From the NCBI GenBank assembly GCA_965112735.1, contig OZ218959.1:372001-436000 (forward strand): a stretch of DNA of 64,000 nt, given 5' to 3'. Source of the stretch: Phaeosaccion multiseriatum. Taxonomy: Eukaryota; Protista; Ochrophyta, other classes. The translations under genes and the position numbers were made by a program. The number at the start of each line of letters is the position of its first letter. The first letter of the stretch is position 1. The notes below the pieces were generated by a model that worked only from the letters and a program-made list of their open reading frames with translations, was not told where the DNA came from and made no database searches. Shown here piece by piece: positions 36,066 to 48,500 of this stretch.

Positions 36066-38508
36066 TCATGAGGGAAGTTGAGTCTCCTCGACCTCTCTCT
36101 TTGCTTCTCCTCCTCCTCTTTCTTCTATTGCACGCTGACGAGTCTCCTCGACCTCTCTCTTGGCTTCTCCTCCTCCTTCTTCTATAGCACGCTGACAAAC
36201 GAGACTAGTCGACTCCCTCATGGCCAACGCCGGCCCTGCATCTACGCTAAGGCGCCGGTCTGGCGGAAGCGCCGAGTCGGTGGCAGCCCTGTCTCCCGAC
36301 GAGCTTGCACCCTTCGCGATGGGTGGCAGCGTTCGCCGCAGACCCACAACAGCGGCGCCACCTTGCGAGTCTGCTGCGAGTGGGCTGGCTCCTGGTCCTA
36401 GCGGCTGTGCTGCAAGTGGGGCCGCTCCCTTTGGTCCTAGAGGCGCCAACACATGTGCTCCCAGTGCTCCCGGTCCTAGTGCTGCCAGCGGCTCTGCTGC
36501 CGCCAGTGGATGGCCTGCCGAGGGTTGTTGGTGTTGCTGGTCACTGCTGCGACATTCCGTCTCAAACGTCACTCGGGAGGCGGACGGCTCCTTTCCTGCG
36601 CGATGCTTTCCTGCCCCTGCTCCCACGAGGCACGACCGAGGGGCCTGAGGAGAAGGAGTCGACTCTGACTCACCAGGCAACCCCGCGGTGATTCCGACGT
36701 CGAGCTCACTGCCACGAAAGGTCTGCCCCATATGGTCCAACATCCATGAAGTCTCATCTTCCCCACTCAGCGTGAGGTCTGCCTCCCTCGAGTGACGTGC
36801 GGTGAAGGAGCTCATGGTGTCGACATCCCCCCCGTGTGTAAGAGACAACTCGTCCACGGGGAGGGACGAGGTGGGCCCACTGCCTGGGCTCAAAGGCATA
36901 TGCTGTACCCTGCTTACGACCCTTAGCGCCATGAGAGCTCGCTTGCTTTTCTTTCGAGACGTGCTTAGAGGAGGCGTTCTGGCACATCCTTGGCCTCCAG
37001 GGTCCTCAGCGGTTTCCGGTGCGGCGTCATGCTGCTCTTGGTCTTGGTGGTGGTGGTCGTGGTGCTGGGGGTGGTGGTGGTGGTGGTGGTGGTGGTGGTG
37101 GTGGTGGTGGCTAGGATGCTGTTGACGGTGGTGCTGTTTCTTCATGCAGGGGAGCCGAATCATTCGGAGCTCGCTGCCCCCAAGATGAAACTGATCGATC
37201 GTGGGTATAAAGGTGAGCAAAGTCAAAAGCAAGTGGGCCCTCTCACTGAGAGGGGGTACCACATAGAAGAGGAGAAGGAGCAGCACCAGCAAGGCCCTCT
37301 TGGTCGCCTCTTGCCCCGCCACATGTACAAGCCGTCTCATCACGACCGCGTTGGTCTGTGAGGCGGTACCGCCGCTCAGGTAGCGCAGCATAAGGTGCCG
37401 ACAGCAGAGCATGGCTGCTCCGTCTCGGCAGAAGACTAGACCCACCGTACCCACAATGGCAGTGGTCGGGATGGTGGGGTCTACAAACCCGTACAGGCTG
37501 CAGAAGGTCAGCAGAGAGAGTCCCTGTAAGGCAATCACAGCGATGTACACTCTCTGAATCTTCCTCTTGTGCTTCGACTGCATGTGACGTGTGACAACAT
37601 GCGAGGGTGGGGGGTGGGAGAGCATTCGCGCGTTAGGCTACCCGCAAGCCCGAAGATGTGTGCGGTGATGCAGGCCCAAGCCACCGACGGCCAGGGGAGG
37701 CTCAAGAATATGTAAAGGATGTAGAGCCAAGGGCGAACACCGCTCGACTCCCGACTTGACTCACCGCACGTATGGACAAGGCTACCTTGAGAATTCGCAA
37801 CAAAAATGAGGGAAAGATCAGCGTGACAAACAAGCCGATGTCGCATACATGCCCAAAGGCAACGACCCTGCTGTTCGCGTACACATCTACTCCCTTAATG
37901 CCTTTGTACAGCAAGAAGGGGCAGCGCAGTGCGTTCCAGAGCGCCGCCTACGTAGTCGAGAAGAGCGGGAGGAGGAGGAGTGAGTGGGAGATGGGACAAG
38001 ACGTTCGGCGAAAAGCGGGACGTGGGAACGAGGAAAATCCGTTCGGTACCTGTCCAGACACCAGCGTGAACAGCCACTTCAGCCTTTTGCGCCGTTCCCT
38101 TTCCTTCGTCGGTGAGCGCCTTTTTCGGACACAGGTGCGCTCTGCTGGCTGGATTTGGCCCGACCTTTTCTTTAACCACAACATCGCGCTGCCTCTGGGG
38201 GTCTGCTCCGCCTCTTTCCCATTGAGTGGGCTGCGGGTGCTCGGGGGCGCTGGTGCTCTCGCCCCTCCCGACGACGGAGCTCCCGCTCCTTTTCGTCTAG
38301 TCTTTGCACTAACTCTGTTTCCCCTCCTGGCTCTCCGCTCGTACCTACGCCAGGCTACCCACGACCATATTGCGCAGGCCACAAAACTGATGACAGCAAG
38401 CACGAAATCGAGGCACCAGCCGAGAGTGTCCAGGTGGTGCGCGTGTTGCATGCAGTACCTGTGCCCGTCTCTTTCCTCCGATTGGAAGCAGAAATCGATT
38501 GCATGCAT
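36066..38508 (-). CDS. Multi-pass membrane protein (about 7 hydrophobic segments, GPCR-like layout) with a His-rich, low-complexity C-terminal tail
   Basis: Hydrophobic segments lie in successive ORFs. One clear intron at about 38049-37948. Two further frame changes are not cleanly explained by normal introns. Confidence 0.5.
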
Positions 38509-38742
38509 CGGCCTCGTCTCTGGTGGGCTGTGAGGAGAGAGGAGGAACAAAAGGATCGGCTCAACCTTGTCCCCATCGCGTGTCTCCTCTCTCCTTGTCG
38601 AGGGTTTTAATTTTCTTGTTTACTTGATGCCTGGTTATCCCTGGTTGTCGTCAGGAGGAAAAATAGACGTTCGAAACGGCAGTTTCCGCATCGTCATGGG
38701 GGCCCTTGTTGTTCTCGGTCACCCCACACCCGGATCCGGATC

Positions 38743-39170
38743 ATGGCTCCTCTCCGCGCATGTATCTCCCTCGCCGTTGCTGGTAAGTGCGCTGTGTCGG
38801 ACCATCTTCACCTCTCCTCCCGTGCTTGGCCTTGCTGGGTACATCGTAGTGCTGGAAAGGTGTGGGGCTGAGAGGCATTCAAACCTCTCCCTCCGTCTCT
38901 TTCTCCTCTTCCCTCCTCTCCCTTTTCTCCCGCTCACCCTGCTGCTGATCACGGTCTGCCGCATCCTCAGAAGTAGCGGGGTGGTGACGTGAGGAAGAAT
39001 TTGAACGGAAGCAGATAGCAAACTAGGAAGGACCTAACGAATCTATCGCTACCCTCTTCCCTTTTCAGGCGGCCTCGCCTGTAGTTGCCAGGGCTTCGCC
39101 TTTGCCCCCAGCACTGCCTGCGCTCCCTGCAGTGGCCATGGGCGTCGAGAAGTCGCAGCGGGACCGCGCA

Positions 39171-39221
<51 letters not shown>

Positions 39222-41094
39222 GGAGGAGGAGCACCCTGCAGCTTGGAGCGACGGGGTCGGGTTCGACGTATGCACAGCGCCTGGCGGCGGCACAGGCGCT
39301 GAAAAAAAGCGGGGCAGCAGCACCTGTGCTACCACCGCCTGCGGCAGCCCAGCCGGCCACGTCAACCACGCCCACCTACACGGGGCCAGTCGCCTCCACC
39401 CCCCGCGAGAAGCCCTTCACCGAGGCGCTGTACGAGCAGATCCGCGCGGCTATCAACGTGCTGACGGACCGCATGAATCGCGAAGCGCCCATCACGCAGA
39501 CGGAGCTCGACCGCTTCTCCGCAGCGGTGGACATCATACTGGAGGACGCGGCAAAGCCCGACCAGGTTCGCTGCCGGGGCGGAGGGCAGGGCGAGGGGGG
39601 GTGAAGGAGGGGAGGGTGGCACGCTACACCCGCGCCACTCGCCTCTAATAGAGAGGAACGGGCTGAAGGGGGGTGACGGGGATAGAACCGAGGACCGAAG
39701 TCACTCCTCGTACCGGTGTCGTGGGCTACCGAAATTGCTGCCAGCACCTTTTTGCTCCTCGGCCTCGTCCTCACCATCCTTCTTCCCCTCCTCCCCACCA
39801 TCCTTCTTCCCCTCTTCCTCACCATCCTTCTTCCCCTCCCCTCCCCCCACAGCGCCCAGGCCGATCGCCCCAAGCGGGCATCCCCCCCGCGCCCCCCGCA
39901 CAGGCTGTCGCAGCCTCCCCCGCCAGTGCCGCACCCTCTGGCTTCCCTGTTGGTGCACACACCTCCCCCGCTGCAGCCTTCGCCGCCGCTAAGAAGGCAG
40001 CAGAGGCCGCTCTCATGGGAGGTTCGGAGGTGCCCGCGGCCCAGCCACAAACAATGCCCCAGCCACAAGCAATGCCCCAGCCGGTGGTGGCGCCCGTGGT
40101 GGACACCAAGGGTGAGTAGGGATGGTCCCACTGGCTTGGTTTTTGCTTGGCTTGGCCGTTGTCCTCCCTCGCCTCGCCCCCATCTGCCTTGCCCTTTGCC
40201 TCTGAAGCGAAGCACGCACCATGTTCGAGAAGACTACTCTTGCAATCCTGACTGACGTTCCCTCGACTCGAATCTGCTTTTGCTGTCGACCTGCTCGACT
40301 CCGCATGTCAACTTGCTCGACTCTGTATGTCGACTTGCTCGACTCTCTAGAAGGCGTGCCCATGAGCCAGGAGGACCAGTGGGACCTCCAGACAGACGAT
40401 GGAGCAGGGTACAGTGGGCAAATGGGGGTACCAGGTGGGTACGGAGAGAGGGAGACGCGTGGGGAGGGAGGGAAGGAAGGAGGGAGGGAGGGAGGCCTAC
40501 AGCTTGTTTGTTACCTGTGGAGCCTTTGTTCTAACTTGCTGTTTGTCTGCTGTGCCGTGCCCCCCCCCCTCTGCGAGCAGTGGGTACGAAGAACACGTAC
40601 GTCATCGAGGGAATGGAAGGTACGAGAGAGAGGGGGGGGGGGGGGGGGGGGGGGGGAGGGCGAGAGATCGAGAGGGAGGAGCAAGAGAGGGAGACAGAAT
40701 GTGGGCTCGTTGGTCATGTGTGGTGGGAGGCTCGAGGACGTGGGAGGGAAGGAAAGGGACGCGCTGGCTTTTTCTTACGTCTCTCCCTCTCCCCCCCCCC
40801 CCTCTCTCTCCCTCTCTCTCCCTTTCTCTCTCCTCTCTCCCTCTCTCCCTCTCTCCCTCCCTCCCCCTCCTTCTCTCTCTCTCTGCCTCACCCCCAGGCA
40901 TGACCCCGGAGCAATACACAGAGGCCCTTCGACAGAAGATCATCTTCCGTGCACAGAACGTTCGCAAGACGGGCGTGTACGGCAACCTCGCCTCCAATCA
41001 GTACCTCGACAAGATCGACACCAGCAAGGCCAAGGGGAACACATATAAAGCTGTGGGGAAGACGCCGGAGGAGCAGGCACTGGTGCCTTCTTGA
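38743..41094 (+). CDS. Plastid-targeted hypothetical protein, about 6 exons
   Basis: Spliced leader peptide MAPLRACISLAVAGGLACSCQG-FAFAPS, a helical domain (PFTEALYEQIRAAINVL...), a Pro/Ala linker, and a C-terminal domain GTKNTYVIEGMEGMTPEQYTEAL...GNLASNQYLDKI. Confidence 0.75.
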
Positions 41095-41861
41095 TTGATT
41101 GAGGATGGAGAGGGCTCCGAGGGGGGAGGGGGGAGGGGGGAGGAGGAGGACGACGACGACGAGGAGGAGGAGGAGCAGGAGGAGGAGGAGAGAGGCGAGC
41201 TGCGGGTTGGGAGAGAGAGAGAGGGAGGGTGTTGGTGACCCAGACGGGCCCCGCGAAGGCACTCTACGCAAGCAGCCAAGGAAGAAAGCAGCTGCGCCGT
41301 AACACGTTGGGAGTATAGTTGAGCAGTTGGTGATACATTAGTAGCGGCGTGCAGCGCCAGTTGGGGATGGATACAGCATGTGCTCGGGCCGCAGACCCTG
41401 GGGGGGGGGGGGTGGTGGCACATGAGAGGCATATGGCATATGGCACATTAGTTAGAGGCACATGGGCAAGTCTGTCTCCCCTCTTTTTTTTATTTTTCAG
41501 CCGATGCGAATGATGTGATTGCAACAAATACGATCAAAATGAGCTGAGCGCTCGAGTAATTGCTACTTCGCTGCTCTGCCCGCGCTGGAGCAACCCATAT
41601 CTTCAGAAGGAAGGAAGGAAGGAAGGAAGCGAACCCTCGCAGCTGTCGGCAGTCTCCGTGTGCCCTCACGGCTCCGGAGGAAGGCTCCCGGTCTGGATCC
41701 GCCTGACCACCGCATTAGCACGCAAGTACACGGCAACTGAAGGAGGCGGTGTTGTGCCCACCTCTCTTCTTCATAGCACAATCAATGCACGGATGAGAGA
41801 GAGCACTTTGTACACCATTCTTCTTCTTTCTAAAGATCGAAGCACTAACTATCCTCAGACC

Positions 41862-44568
41862 TTACACGTCGATGCCCACCTCTTTCCTCAGTCCTCGAAT
41901 GAGGTCCAGTACCTCCGTCCACTGCCATCTCCTATTCTTCTTGGACACAGGTTCAATCATAGCCCCTATCATCTGTAAGGCAAGCTTCTGATGGTTCACC
42001 AGCCGCCCCACCTCCAAGGCCTCCGTAGGCAGCTCCTGTCCATCCCCCACGCCCACCTCAGATGACAAAAACTCCACCCCCTCTGCCACATCTAGGCAGT
42101 CGATAGCAGGGCCATACTCCCCCTCCCCTGCAGACAGAGGCAGCGGAAAGGCCTTCTCTCTGAGCAGCTTCTTGAGGACGGTTCGCTTCTTGCGCTGCTT
42201 CTCCTCCTCAAACTCTCTCTCCATGTCCATATTGTCTCTCTGCACCCTCTCGTTGAGCGGCCCATAGCCAACCTGTACCCTCTGCAGCAGCCACTCAATG
42301 CCCTCCTCCACACGCGGGTCCGCCTCCCCTCCGTTCCTCGCAGCGTTGGCGGCGCAGCACTGCACCATGACGTCATCACCGTAACCGTTTCCGCCTTCGG
42401 ACAGACCTTCTTCTGTAACGCTCCCCTTCTTTGCCAGCGCCTTCAGCTCCTCCACTTTGTCCTCGAAGGTCAAGCCACCACCACTGTCACTACTGCTGCC
42501 TCCTTCCCCACCCCCCCCCGCCTCCACCCCGGGGGCAAGGTCCGCCTTGTTCTGCAGCAAGAGCAGTGGCTTTCCCCTGAGGTATCGGTGCTCCAGCGTG
42601 GTCGTGAAGAGGGCCTTCGCTTCCTCCCATCGCTGGTCCTTGCCCCCCTCCCTGCTGCCGTCAAACATGTACACAACGCCATGCACGTCGTGGTAGTAGT
42701 TCTTCCAGATGGATCGAATGTTGGAGCCGCCGCCCAAGTCATAGAACTTCACCTGCGTAGGGGGAGGGGGGGGGGAGGAATGCAAGGCATATGAAGGAGG
42801 GCACGTATTTCCTCAGTCGTGCCGCACACACCGCACACACTGGGCACACAAAAGAGCAAAAGAGAGATGGAGAGCCCACTTCTCGCCCTCTTCTCCCCTC
42901 CCTCCTTTCGCTCCCCTCCCTCCTCTCGCTCCTTTCCCTCCTCTCCCCTCCCTCCCCTCTCTCCTCTCCCTCACCTTAAGAGTGTCACTGAGCATCATAG
43001 TTACTGGTTTGAAGCCCACCGTGGGCCTCACACGTGGATCAGCATCCCCCTGCAGAGTCCGCAGCAGAGTGGTCTTGCCACTGCCATCCATACCGGCCAG
43101 AAGCAGCACCGCGATGCGAGGTGTCAGGACAACAGGCCGCTGAGGGCTCATCAGCTCCGAGTCGGAGGGTATTGGCATAGCGGAGCCCTCCACGGCAAGA
43201 TCCCATGGTTGCGTCTGGGTCTCTGTCACACCGTTCGGCCCTGCCTTGTGGCTACTGCTGTTGTTGCTACTACTGCCAGACCCCACCACCTGAGCTTCCT
43301 TTGGTGACCCCCCCACTTTCCGCTTCGCCGACAGTGGACTGTCGACCTTCTTCCCCCCTGCGTGGAGCGCAGAGGTGGAGGCGGAGATGTTGTCATCCAA
43401 GTCCCGAGCTGCAGCCAGCCTGCTGCGCGCTGTAGAGGGCCGCTCCAGGGGCGAGGTGGACTGCGGCTGCTGCTGACTGGGCACTCGGAGGGGGGGCACA
43501 GCCACGTGGAGGGGAAGGCTTGAAGCTGAGGGGGAGGGACGTACGTCATGACTGGAGCTACGCCGCACCCCTGCTGAAGAGCCCCTCCTCTCCCCCCCCC
43601 CTGCCGTCGCTGATGTTCCTCCTGCTGCTGCTGCTGCTGCTGCTGCTTCCCCTGTCCCTACCCCTGCTGCCGCTGCCGACAGACCAATCATCTCCTGCAG
43701 CTGCTGTAAGAGGTAACCGTCAACGTCTGTGGGCATGGCTCGGAGGACTTTGTTGATGAGCGTGGAGAGCACGGGCCCGATCTCGTCTGCCATGTAGATT
43801 CTGTCTTCACGCCGGGCTGGCCGCGCGCCGCTGCTGCTGCTGGCACTCTCTGTCCGTGCTGCCGAGGGCTGGCCATTGAGGCTACTGCTGCTACAGCTGG
43901 CAGCTATACCACTGCCAACTTGCCCCCCCTCCTCGCCTTCACCGCTTTTAAGGCTACGGCTGTTGGCTTCCTGTCGCTCCACAAAGAAGGCCAGCATGGC
44001 CCGCTTCACATCCTTGGGCCTCTTGAGCAGTAAGTGGGTGATGACGCCTCGCATAACGGGGTCGACATGCCTCGACAGGTACATCTGGGTGCCTTCTACC
44101 CTCCGGCGCAGGCGAGAGGAAGAAGCTGGCACAGATGACACAGAGAGAAGGGGGAGGGGGGCGAGGAGTAGTACACGCACGTCACTTGCAGATTCGCAAG
44201 ATGCAGTGGGTTCACAGTGCAGACGAGGCGTAGGGAAGTGTAGGCCATCACAGCCCCCACTCCTCTCCCCACTCAGCAGATACGAAGGACGCACCTGCAG
44301 CGGCGCCGCCGTCTCCAGCCGAGGTACCCCCCTCCCCCGCTCTCCCCCGGCGCCTCTGCTCCCGGAGCTTCCGGATACCTGCCAAGCCGCCACGAGTCTC
44401 CCCAGGCGGTCTCGATCCAGTCCCCACGCCGACAGACGCGGCAGCTAGCCCCTGCCCCTTTCCCGCATTCATACCCATTGAAGATCCATACTTGTCTCCG
44501 GCATCTCCAAGCCCGCACTGTCTCTGCTGCAGATGGTAGTGGTGGTCAGTGTCTGGAGCCGGCATCAT
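41862..44568 (-). CDS. ARL13B: ARL13-like ciliary small GTPase with two N-terminal RIIa/Dpy-30-like helical domains, 3 exons
   Basis: P-loop GMDGSGKTT, PTVGF, FYDLGGG (Gly replaces the catalytic Gln, as in ARL13), IRSIWKNYY, NKAD, then a coiled coil (LNERVQRD...EEEKQRKKR). Confidence 0.85.
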
Positions 44569-45515
44569 TGCGGCTGCGGCTCCGCTGCTTCTCCTGCCCC
44601 TGCCCCCCGCTCTTCTACTGCTGCTCCCTTCTCCCCCTCCTGCTGCAAATCGAAACAAGGGATCGGTTACTCGTGCGATCTGTGATTGGAAATTGTAACA
44701 CCAACTTGTGAGCGACTTCTCGACTTTCGGGTCGATATACCGATACATGTATCGAGACGTGTGCTCTATTTTTTTTTCCTGGGCGGGGTCTTTGATGTGC
44801 ATCGCGCAGTGTAAGGGCGGGGTCTTTGATGTGCATGCATGTTCCAATCTTCGTCCCCATCGTCGAAGTCGCTGACAAGAATGCGTCCAAGGCTGCGTCC
44901 AAGGCTCGTCTCTGCGTGGACACCAGCAGCGACGATTGATGACGCTACGCAGGAGGCCATCTAATCGAGCTACGATGACGCGATGACTTTATGTCCTGCT
45001 CTGGCTTGTCGCTATCTTTGACTTTGATTTATTCAGTGTAGTAACTTCAAGAAGAAGGGGAGAGGGGGTTGAAGTCAACTGAAGGCCCGAGAGGCCTGAG
45101 ACTGAGACGGGGCTGTTCCTCCCGAGCCGCGTCGAGACAGACAGCACAGCACAGCACAGCAAAGCACCGCACGGGACTGACTCTCTGTGCGAGCAGCGAT
45201 CGAGCAGCCCCCTCGCGAAGCTGACTGGAAGTGCGCAGCTGCTGAGCACAACGAAGCGGACATGGGTATACTACTACCTGTTATCGTCTGCCTCTCTGAC
45301 GGCGTGCCCTGTCTCAATGAAGCAGGCACGTCTGTCTGCCTCAGACGGAAGGAAGGAAGGAAGGAAGGCGACGGCGACACGCGCTTTGTACAGTCATAAG
45401 TCATTTGCCTGCCTGCCATTCCCTTGAAGCGAGCTACACCCCTCACGAAGGGACCTCCCTCCTCCCGCAGCCTGCGTGGACAAGAACGGCCTGGTCACTA
45501 CGTTGCTTGCGCTCT

Positions 45516-48500
45516 TCACTTCCAGTCGCCGTCAAAGCCCTGAAATCCGAGCAGCATGAAGGCGTTGTAGTAGCGTTTCTTGGCCACCTTGCTACACCAA
45601 TTCCAAGTGCTGGTCAGCCTGCCATCAATACAACTTCCTCCGTCGTCTCCGTCCCCGTCAAAGCCATGCTTGAAGTAGTCGCTCAGGATGTTCATCTGAC
45701 ACCCCCTCACACCACCCCACTCCTTCTCGAGATACCTAAGCACCACCGGGTCCTCTTGTGCCAGCGCCTCCAGTCCATTGACAGTGTCAGCCACGGGCCT
45801 GAGGATGCGAGGAATCTGCGTGTACTTGTCGATGAACATGAGTGCATTGGGTACATCCCGGTCACCCAAGTGCACTACGCTGAGCCCCACCCACGCGCCG
45901 CATTCGGACTGCACTCTCCCCAGGATGTTGCGCATTTGACTGCTGATGGATGGACACGATTGCACGCGATTCAAGCCCTGGCCGGTGTTGGCCAGCCTGC
46001 AAGCGCCAGAGGGACAAACCACGGAACAAAAACAATATCCGAACAGGGAGGGCGTCAGCAGAGATGAGATGAGGGAGAGAAACAGAAATAACGGATGGGG
46101 TGGGGTGAGAGAGAGAAGAGACAGGAAAAGAGCCGAGTCAGTCAATCAGTCAGTCAGTCAGTCAGTCAGTCAGTCGCTCTGCCTCCGAGTCATCCAGCAA
46201 GGCCAGCCAGCCAGCCAGTGAGCCAACCACGAACCTGTAGCTAGCCCTGCCCGACAAGAGGTCGCTGTCCGCGTGGTACCAGAGGCGGAACATGTTGCGC
46301 ATAGCCTCTGCCCACAGGCGCAGGCTCTGCGTGACGAAGGTGTACTGAGTGGCGTGGTCGTGGTTGAGCTTGGCGCCTCCGCGGTTAATAGCGCTGCCAA
46401 ATCCGTAGCTGCTGCCCGACAGGTACGAGTCGTATCTGTCGTCCGTCGGTCCGGAGGCAAGGAGGAGGAGGAGGAGGAGGAGGAGGAGGAGGAGGAGGAG
46501 GAGGAGCGAACACAGCAACACAGGAGGAGCAAAGAAGTAACCCAGGCAACACAGCAGGTTAGAGTCGTATGGATGTATGCATACCACGTCCTTCGCTACA
46601 TAGCAGCTAGATGCCAGACAAAGACAAAGACAAAGGCAGAGTCCACCCTTGCTGAGGAGAGGAGCCTCAGCTTCAAAAGAGGGAACGGCTGATCGATCTA
46701 CCGACCGAGGTGACGACAGCATCACGAGACTGCTGCCCCTAGACCTCATCTCCTACCTCCCCGAGTGAAGTGTGCATGTGTGTGTGCGTGTGTCTGCCCC
46801 CAGTCCCCCCCCCCTCACCACAAACTCACTTGCTATACATGCCTCCCAGGCCCCTCCCCCCGCTCCCCTTAAGCCTGAGCGAGTATCCGTCCTCCGCCTG
46901 TTGGGGCCTAAAGTTCTCCTTGAGCAGCCTCAACACCCGATCCACAGGCGCCATGTTGAAGGCAAGGTAGTTGTGTGCGTCTGAGATGGAGTCAATAACC
47001 CTGCACACATCCGCCTCCGAAAGGGTGGGGGAGGTGTAGTCCGTGATGAGCGCCTGCCTTGCCGCTCGCTTCTCTGCCACAGAGGCATCCACTTGTGCTC
47101 TGGAGGTGCTGCTTTGACTCGAGGATGGCCCCCCTGCTCCGCCCACAATGCCCTCGTGAGTGGCGGCGAGGATGCGCGAGTCTCGCAGCAGCTCCAGGCC
47201 GTTACGCGCTTTGAGGAAGGTCGTCACCACCTGCACGCACGCGCACACGCACACACGCACACACACCGACAGAAGGAGTGATATTGTTAACACGTTTCAA
47301 GTCCTTGACACAACAACGACCTGACGTCATTTCACGCACACACGCGCATACTCACGCACGCACACACTCACCTGCACTTCTGCCACGAGCTCGTAGCCCA
47401 GGCGGTCCTTGTAGTACTGCGCGTCCTGCAGCATGTACATCATCTTGCCGTAGTTGGAGCGCATCTTCTCGGGGTTCGTGATCTTGTAGCGCCGCCCCAC
47501 CTCGAAGGCCCTGCTCACACATGGATAGATGGATGGCAGCGGACGGACGGATGGACGATGACCGCAGATGGCAGCAGATGGTAGGGTTAGTTCCCGATGG
47601 CGTTAACATACGGGCATGGTGGGTGGCGTGAGTAGACAGACCCAGTCAAGAGCGGGAAGAGAGGAGCGCACATGTTCACTCGTCCAAGGCGGGGGCCCTG
47701 GCTACTTGTTGGGTCCGCCCCTTCCCCCAACCCCCCAAGCACCCCCACCTTCTGAAGAAGTCTTCATTGTCCATCTTGCTCCTGCCCCCTCTGATCAGCC
47801 TCTCCCCTCCGCCTATGTTGCCTGCCACCGCCAGCCCCGTCAGCAGGCTCAGCATCTTGTCGAGCTCTTCTCGGATAATCTTGAGCTTGTTGTAACGGCT
47901 GAACGTGTCCACCTGCATCGTGTTGGGGGTGGGAGCAATGCCATGCCCAAGCACGAGTACACGAGCACCAAGTCAGGCGGTGCTTTGCTGCGGAGCAACG
48001 ACTGGGACGGAAGAGAAACAGCGAATACGCGAGTGCGTGCATGTGTGTGCGTGCGTGCGTCGCGTCCCTCGCTCGTCACAACATGGCATGTGACGGATGG
48101 CAGACGAAGGCATATGGGCAGGCAGACAGGCAGTGCCCCGCACTCATCCGCACCCCTTCTCCTCTCGGTACCTTATCGGTGTACTCTGACACCTCCAGCG
48201 CGTTCTCCAGCAGCGTCAGCAGCCTCCGCTCCTCTGCGCTCAGCCTCAGCGGCACGTACTCGCACACCTTGAGCATCGACGCGTCGAGCAGCCCCGCCTC
48301 CCTAGGGCCCTTCTTTGCCTTCTTCTTCCTACTGCGGCGCTCGGTCTCGTCGTCGTCTTCTGAGCCGCTGTCCACTACTCTATCGGTCAAGTCCTCCTCC
48401 TCCTCCTCCTCAGCCTCCTCCTCCTCCTCCTCCTCCTCCTCCTCCTCCTCATCATCATCATCATCATCCTGATCATCTTCGTCCTCCTGCTCCGGCCCTG

